From: Squalus acanthias | Lineage: Eukaryota | NCBI GenBank assembly: GCA_030390025.1 | Contig: CM059432.1 | Location: 87,236,001-87,300,000 of the forward strand | Direction of reading: 5' to 3' | Length of the DNA stretch: 64,000 nucleotides | In this document: positions 60,963 through 64,000 of the stretch, in pieces | Layout: each line of letters starts with the position of its first letter | Numbering within the stretch: the first letter of the stretch is position 1 | Notes under the pieces: model-generated | What the model was told of the DNA's origin: nothing | The model's database searches: none | The model's input: the letters and a program-made list of their open reading frames with translations, nothing else | Translations under genes and position numbers: made by a program

Positions 60963-62839
60963 GTGGTCTTTTCAAAACAAATAACTTGAATGTTATATTT
61001 AATTAAATTCTCTTTGGAAATCTGCCCACTCTGACAAAAATGTCACTAACCACTGCGAGGTGGTGGGTGGGTGGGGGGAAAGAGAGATTTGGAGTTCTGT
61101 ATTCAATCAACATCCGCTGCGTTGCAAATCCACCCTAGTACAATTACCTAATGTTCTTGAGGCATCTAACATAAAAACAGATCAACTAAAGCTATGTGCC
61201 CATTTTCAGCATCTGTGTAATACAAGGTAAGTTCATACACTTCCCCACTGAGGAACAGAAATTGGAAGCTGAGGCACTTCAGCCTAGCCTCGTCATCTAC
61301 TTGCAGGTGATTACAGAGTAGCACTGGCAGGGTACTTGGTGTGAGGTACCTGCGGGAAGGGGGTGGGGGAAGGAAGAAAATAACTCAAAATAACATTTGG
61401 CAGTATGCTTCTGGAAGTAGCAGCTTTAGGTTCCTGTGTAGCTGAAGACTGCAAATTTAAGCACTGACTCCGACCTAATTCTTACTATATACGTAGTTGA
61501 ATTCAAACATTTCCTCTTGGGTGCAAGCAGGATTCGGATGTTACAATGAGTAGCTTGCTCTTCATTGAAATCCCTTATAAGAGTCTAATCTTTGCATTGC
61601 TGCTGTTTGACTTACAAACTTATGCAGGGATAAACTGTTCAAGAAGAAGGAACTTTCTGAAGTGCAGTAACCTGTATCAGCAAAATACAGTTTAGCCCAA
61701 GATTTGGATTTACCAGAGGATAAACTACACAAGTTCTGTAACTCTCCCCAGTAACTAATGCAGTGCGATTGATAGGATAAATTAATTTAATTCTCAAGAC
61801 ACAGTAGGTCTGTTATGCTTAGCTGGGATTCGTGCCATGGAATGTCGGGGAACTGTCATACAAAGCTGGGTCATTGTGGAACAGAGATAATTATTATTGT
61901 GCACCTGAAGTAACAAAAAAACACTTGATATGTATGGTAGAAAATGCCATGCAGCATATTCTGTACCAGATGACAATACTGCAGCAGTGATAACTACAAA
62001 CTGGTGACATAAATAAAAGCAGACAGAAATATTGCTTTTCAAATGTTCGCAAAACTAGACAATTTGCTTTCTGGCTGTGGGTACAATTTGACCACATAAT
62101 ATTCGTAATTACCACTTGAATTTTACAGAAAATTATACAAGTGGGTTTTCAGTGAAGCTGTAAAATTATATGTGACTAGCAATGACCAAACTAGTGATCT
62201 AATTATTGTACATTAGCAGGTAAAATATGAAACAGATTATCCACAAACAACAACTGATAATAACCACGAGGAATGAAGCTCAATGAGTAGGTCTAGGGCC
62301 AAATTTCAGATGTCTGAGTGTTCCCAAACTGATGATCTTATAATCACAATTATATTATATTTTTGGCCAAATGTCACAGACACATCAGAGAGCATTATAT
62401 ATTGTACCATTGGATTAAATGCCTTCAAGCTTCTCTGCCAAACAGCATTTCTTTTGTCATTATTTAATTTATGGAGCCTGAAAATGGCTCAAGTCCCAAA
62501 CCTTCAGCAGCACATAGTGCAGGGCCTTTAATGTTCTAGGTAAAAAAAGACAGTTTGACTGGTGCGCACAGTGGCAATGGTTGGAGTAAAAGTGGCACTG
62601 GGAGAAAGACATTAACTTCACTATTGCTGAATAGCCCAGATTTGACTAAAGCATCGCTCACTTACACTGACATTCATTAATGCTGTCGTGGTGAAAGGTA
62701 AGTCAATCATTTAGGTTCATCAGTGTCACAGACTTAGTAAAAGTATAGTTCATATATGAGCCTGTACAGTGAAGTAATAATGGGATGGGGAGAGGTGCAC
62801 AGCATACCTTTTAAGCTTTCTATTAAAACCCAAGTCAAA

Positions 62840-63220
62840 ATATTAGGAACAGGAGTGGGCCATTCAGCCCCTCGAGCCTGTTCTGCCATTCAATTAGATT
62901 ATGGCTGTTCTGCATCTTAACTCCATATACCCGCCTTGGTTCCGTATCCCTGACCAATCAAAAATCTATCAATCTTGGTTTTGAAATTTTCAATTGACCG
63001 AGCCGCAACAGCTTTTTGGGGAGTTCCGGATTTTCACTACCCTTTGTGTGAAGAAGTGCTTTCTGACATCACCCCTGAAGGCCTAGCTCTAATTTTAAGG
63101 TTATGCCCCCTTGTTCTGGACTCCCCTATCAATAGGGTAAATAGAGCAAAAGTATTTCCTATCAAATCCTTTAATCATCTTAAACAACTCAATTAGATCA
63201 TCTCTTAATCTTCAATGCTC
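62840..63220 (-). mobile_element. CR1 LINE 3' end
   Basis: aggaacaggagtgggccattcagcccctcgagcctg... is the reverse complement of the tail seen at 43200-43277. Confidence 0.75.
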
Positions 63221-64000
63221 ATATCAAAATATTGAATTTATATCTTGCCAGAATAATGCTTTTCCCCATTTTTCGTATTGGCTGTTTCAATGAGTAATAT
63301 CACGGGTTCAACAGGCAATGCAAGAAGCAGAGCTATTACATCTGTGATCATTTCAAGGAAGAAACATAAATTTGACAACACGTTTCAGGGAGTCATTACT
63401 TGTCGCAATTTTCCTCTTCTTTAAAATTGTTCAATATTAACACTTTCAAAACTATAGTTGAACTCCTCAACTGATACGGTACACTTTTTGCTATTCTCAA
63501 TTCGTACAAATAAATATTATGACCAATATTCTATACAATTCTCCAATTTTACTTTACAATATGTTTGTCATTTTCCAGATACATAAATTGGGAATTTCAG
63601 TTTCACAAGTACTTTTGTTCCCACAAGTGACTGGCCACAAAACATTGTTCAACAAGAGAAGCATGGTTCTATGGGCAGGAAGTGAAGGTATCCATCACTG
63701 CTCTCATAGGTCTACCGAACAAAATAGCTTGAACAGCCAATGTATAAAAGTTTACAGCAATCACTGAAAGCAGTGCATATTTTGAATACTGCACATGAAG
63801 ATCAGTTCTTGATGGATTCATTTCAGTAAAAGAATAATACAGGTTTAGAAACTGGTATAATAGAATCTCAGAAATGCATCATATATGAGACCTCAGGCTG
63901 GGGGGATATAATTATTGAGTCATCACTTTAGGAGACAGGAGAAAATGCAAAAAAAAGAAATGCAGCATATTTTCTAAATCTGTATTGCTTCTTCATTAAG

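Noticed and set aside
4000..63220. Strand bias of LINE insertions relative to JPH1
   Set aside because: Copies occur on both strands and the numbers are too small to support a bias.

Overview
Eukaryotic, AT-rich, repeat-dense DNA. The repeat set (Deu-domain SINEs, CR1-group LINEs, Penelope-type hairpins) points to a cartilaginous fish; this is inference. The window lies inside a junctophilin gene, best match JPH1, on the minus strand. One clear coding exon (11563-11681, 119 nt, [10 protein letters not shown]...[12 protein letters not shown], equivalent to JPH1 exon 3) is flanked by two very large introns, and I found no other canonical JPH1 exon. The introns hold: (1) a young, complete but frameshifted GC-rich Ty3/Gypsy LTR retrotransposon (23404-27721; 232-bp LTRs, tRNA-Trp PBS, CTGG TSD) inserted into a tRNA-derived SINE; (2) a decayed two-gene PIF/Harbinger transposon (about 52621-56031), three deletion derivatives, and many MITEs with related TIRs and variable 3-bp TSDs; (3) CR1-group, L2 and DeuSINE fragments; (4) a TSD-flanked Penelope-like hairpin with a hammerhead-ribozyme core (40833-41049); (5) an unclassified 580-bp CpG-rich insert with a 42-bp tandem array and a 12-bp TSD inside a LINE. 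Several cryptic exon candidates for truncated JPH1 isoforms are reported as hypotheses only. Most short ORFs in the track are noise or repeat fragments.
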